A stretch of 64,000 nucleotides of DNA from IMG/VR virus record IMGVR_UViG_3300039109_000042, positions 1,497-65,496 of that record; one strand, 5' to 3'. Of the stretch, positions 63,760 through 64,000 are shown in pieces. The notes beneath the pieces were generated by a model. It was not told the DNA's origin. It did no database searches and saw only the letters and a list, made by a program, of their open reading frames with translations. Position numbers and translations under genes: made by a program. Each line of letters opens with the position of its first letter. Position 1 is the first letter of the stretch. This stretch comes from a virus. Lineage: Duplodnaviria; Caudoviricetes.

Positions 63760-64000
63760 GGAAGCTCCCTGACAGGCAACGGCCAGATCTCACCCGTCTC
63801 CAGGTCCACCTGACCTAGGATCACCATGCCCTTATGCACCAGCGGGATCTTCTCCGAGGTACGGAATGGCTGATACGTGCGTGTGTTCGGGTCGATCGTG
63901 TCACCATACCCTATGATGCGCATCCCTGACCCGTTCATGTAGATCTGGAGCTGCTTCAGGTTTGACGGTGTTACCCTACTGATGCCACTACCGATCGGAT
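63756..64000 (-). CDS. hypothetical protein (frame open to right edge)
   Basis: ORF 63756-63938 extends without a stop to the window end. Confidence 0.5.
   Translation of the reverse strand, partial: PIGSGISRVTPSNLKQLQIYMNGSGMRIIGYGDTIDPNTRTYQPFRTSEKIPLVHKGMVILGQVDLETGEIWPLPVRELP

Noticed and set aside
1-64000. Prophage, or a specific host assignment
   Set aside because: No integrase, att site or host genes are visible; the sequence only weakly suggests a diderm host via the spanin candidate.

Overview
The whole window is a tailed dsDNA phage (siphovirus-like), probably most of a circularly permuted genome. No integrase, CRISPR array or rRNA is visible. Layout: (1) leftward small 'early' genes at both edges (1-7.6 kb and 58.6-64 kb); (2) a rightward virion and lysis arm (8.2-37.9 kb) with terS, terL, portal, scaffold, capsid, tail tube, a frameshifted tail chaperone, tape measure, a collagen/CBM tail-tip protein beside a glycosyltransferase, holin, amidase, papain-like peptidase, a spanin candidate and a second fibre-like module; (3) a rightward replication arm (38.4-58.5 kb) with SNF2 and UvrD helicases, SSB-like protein, primase, PolA and a cytosine-modification cluster (MazG-like pyrophosphatase, dNMP kinase fused to a UDG-fold domain, thymidylate-synthase-family enzyme with the dCMP-type Asp), plus dCMP deaminase and Nudix. 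The most unusual signals are non-coding and were found by hand-folding. Two type II hammerhead ribozymes (1750-1885 and 5360-5427, minus strand) each lie downstream of a member of a four-copy paralogous small-protein family. Three tRNA-shaped RNAs keep acceptor and T arms but have broken anticodon arms. A multi-block inverted repeat brackets the 30-kb virion arm. A 17-copy promoter motif has a non-canonical -35 (T[G/T]TAC) and mostly an 18-bp spacer. All protein calls come from motif recognition; no searches were run.
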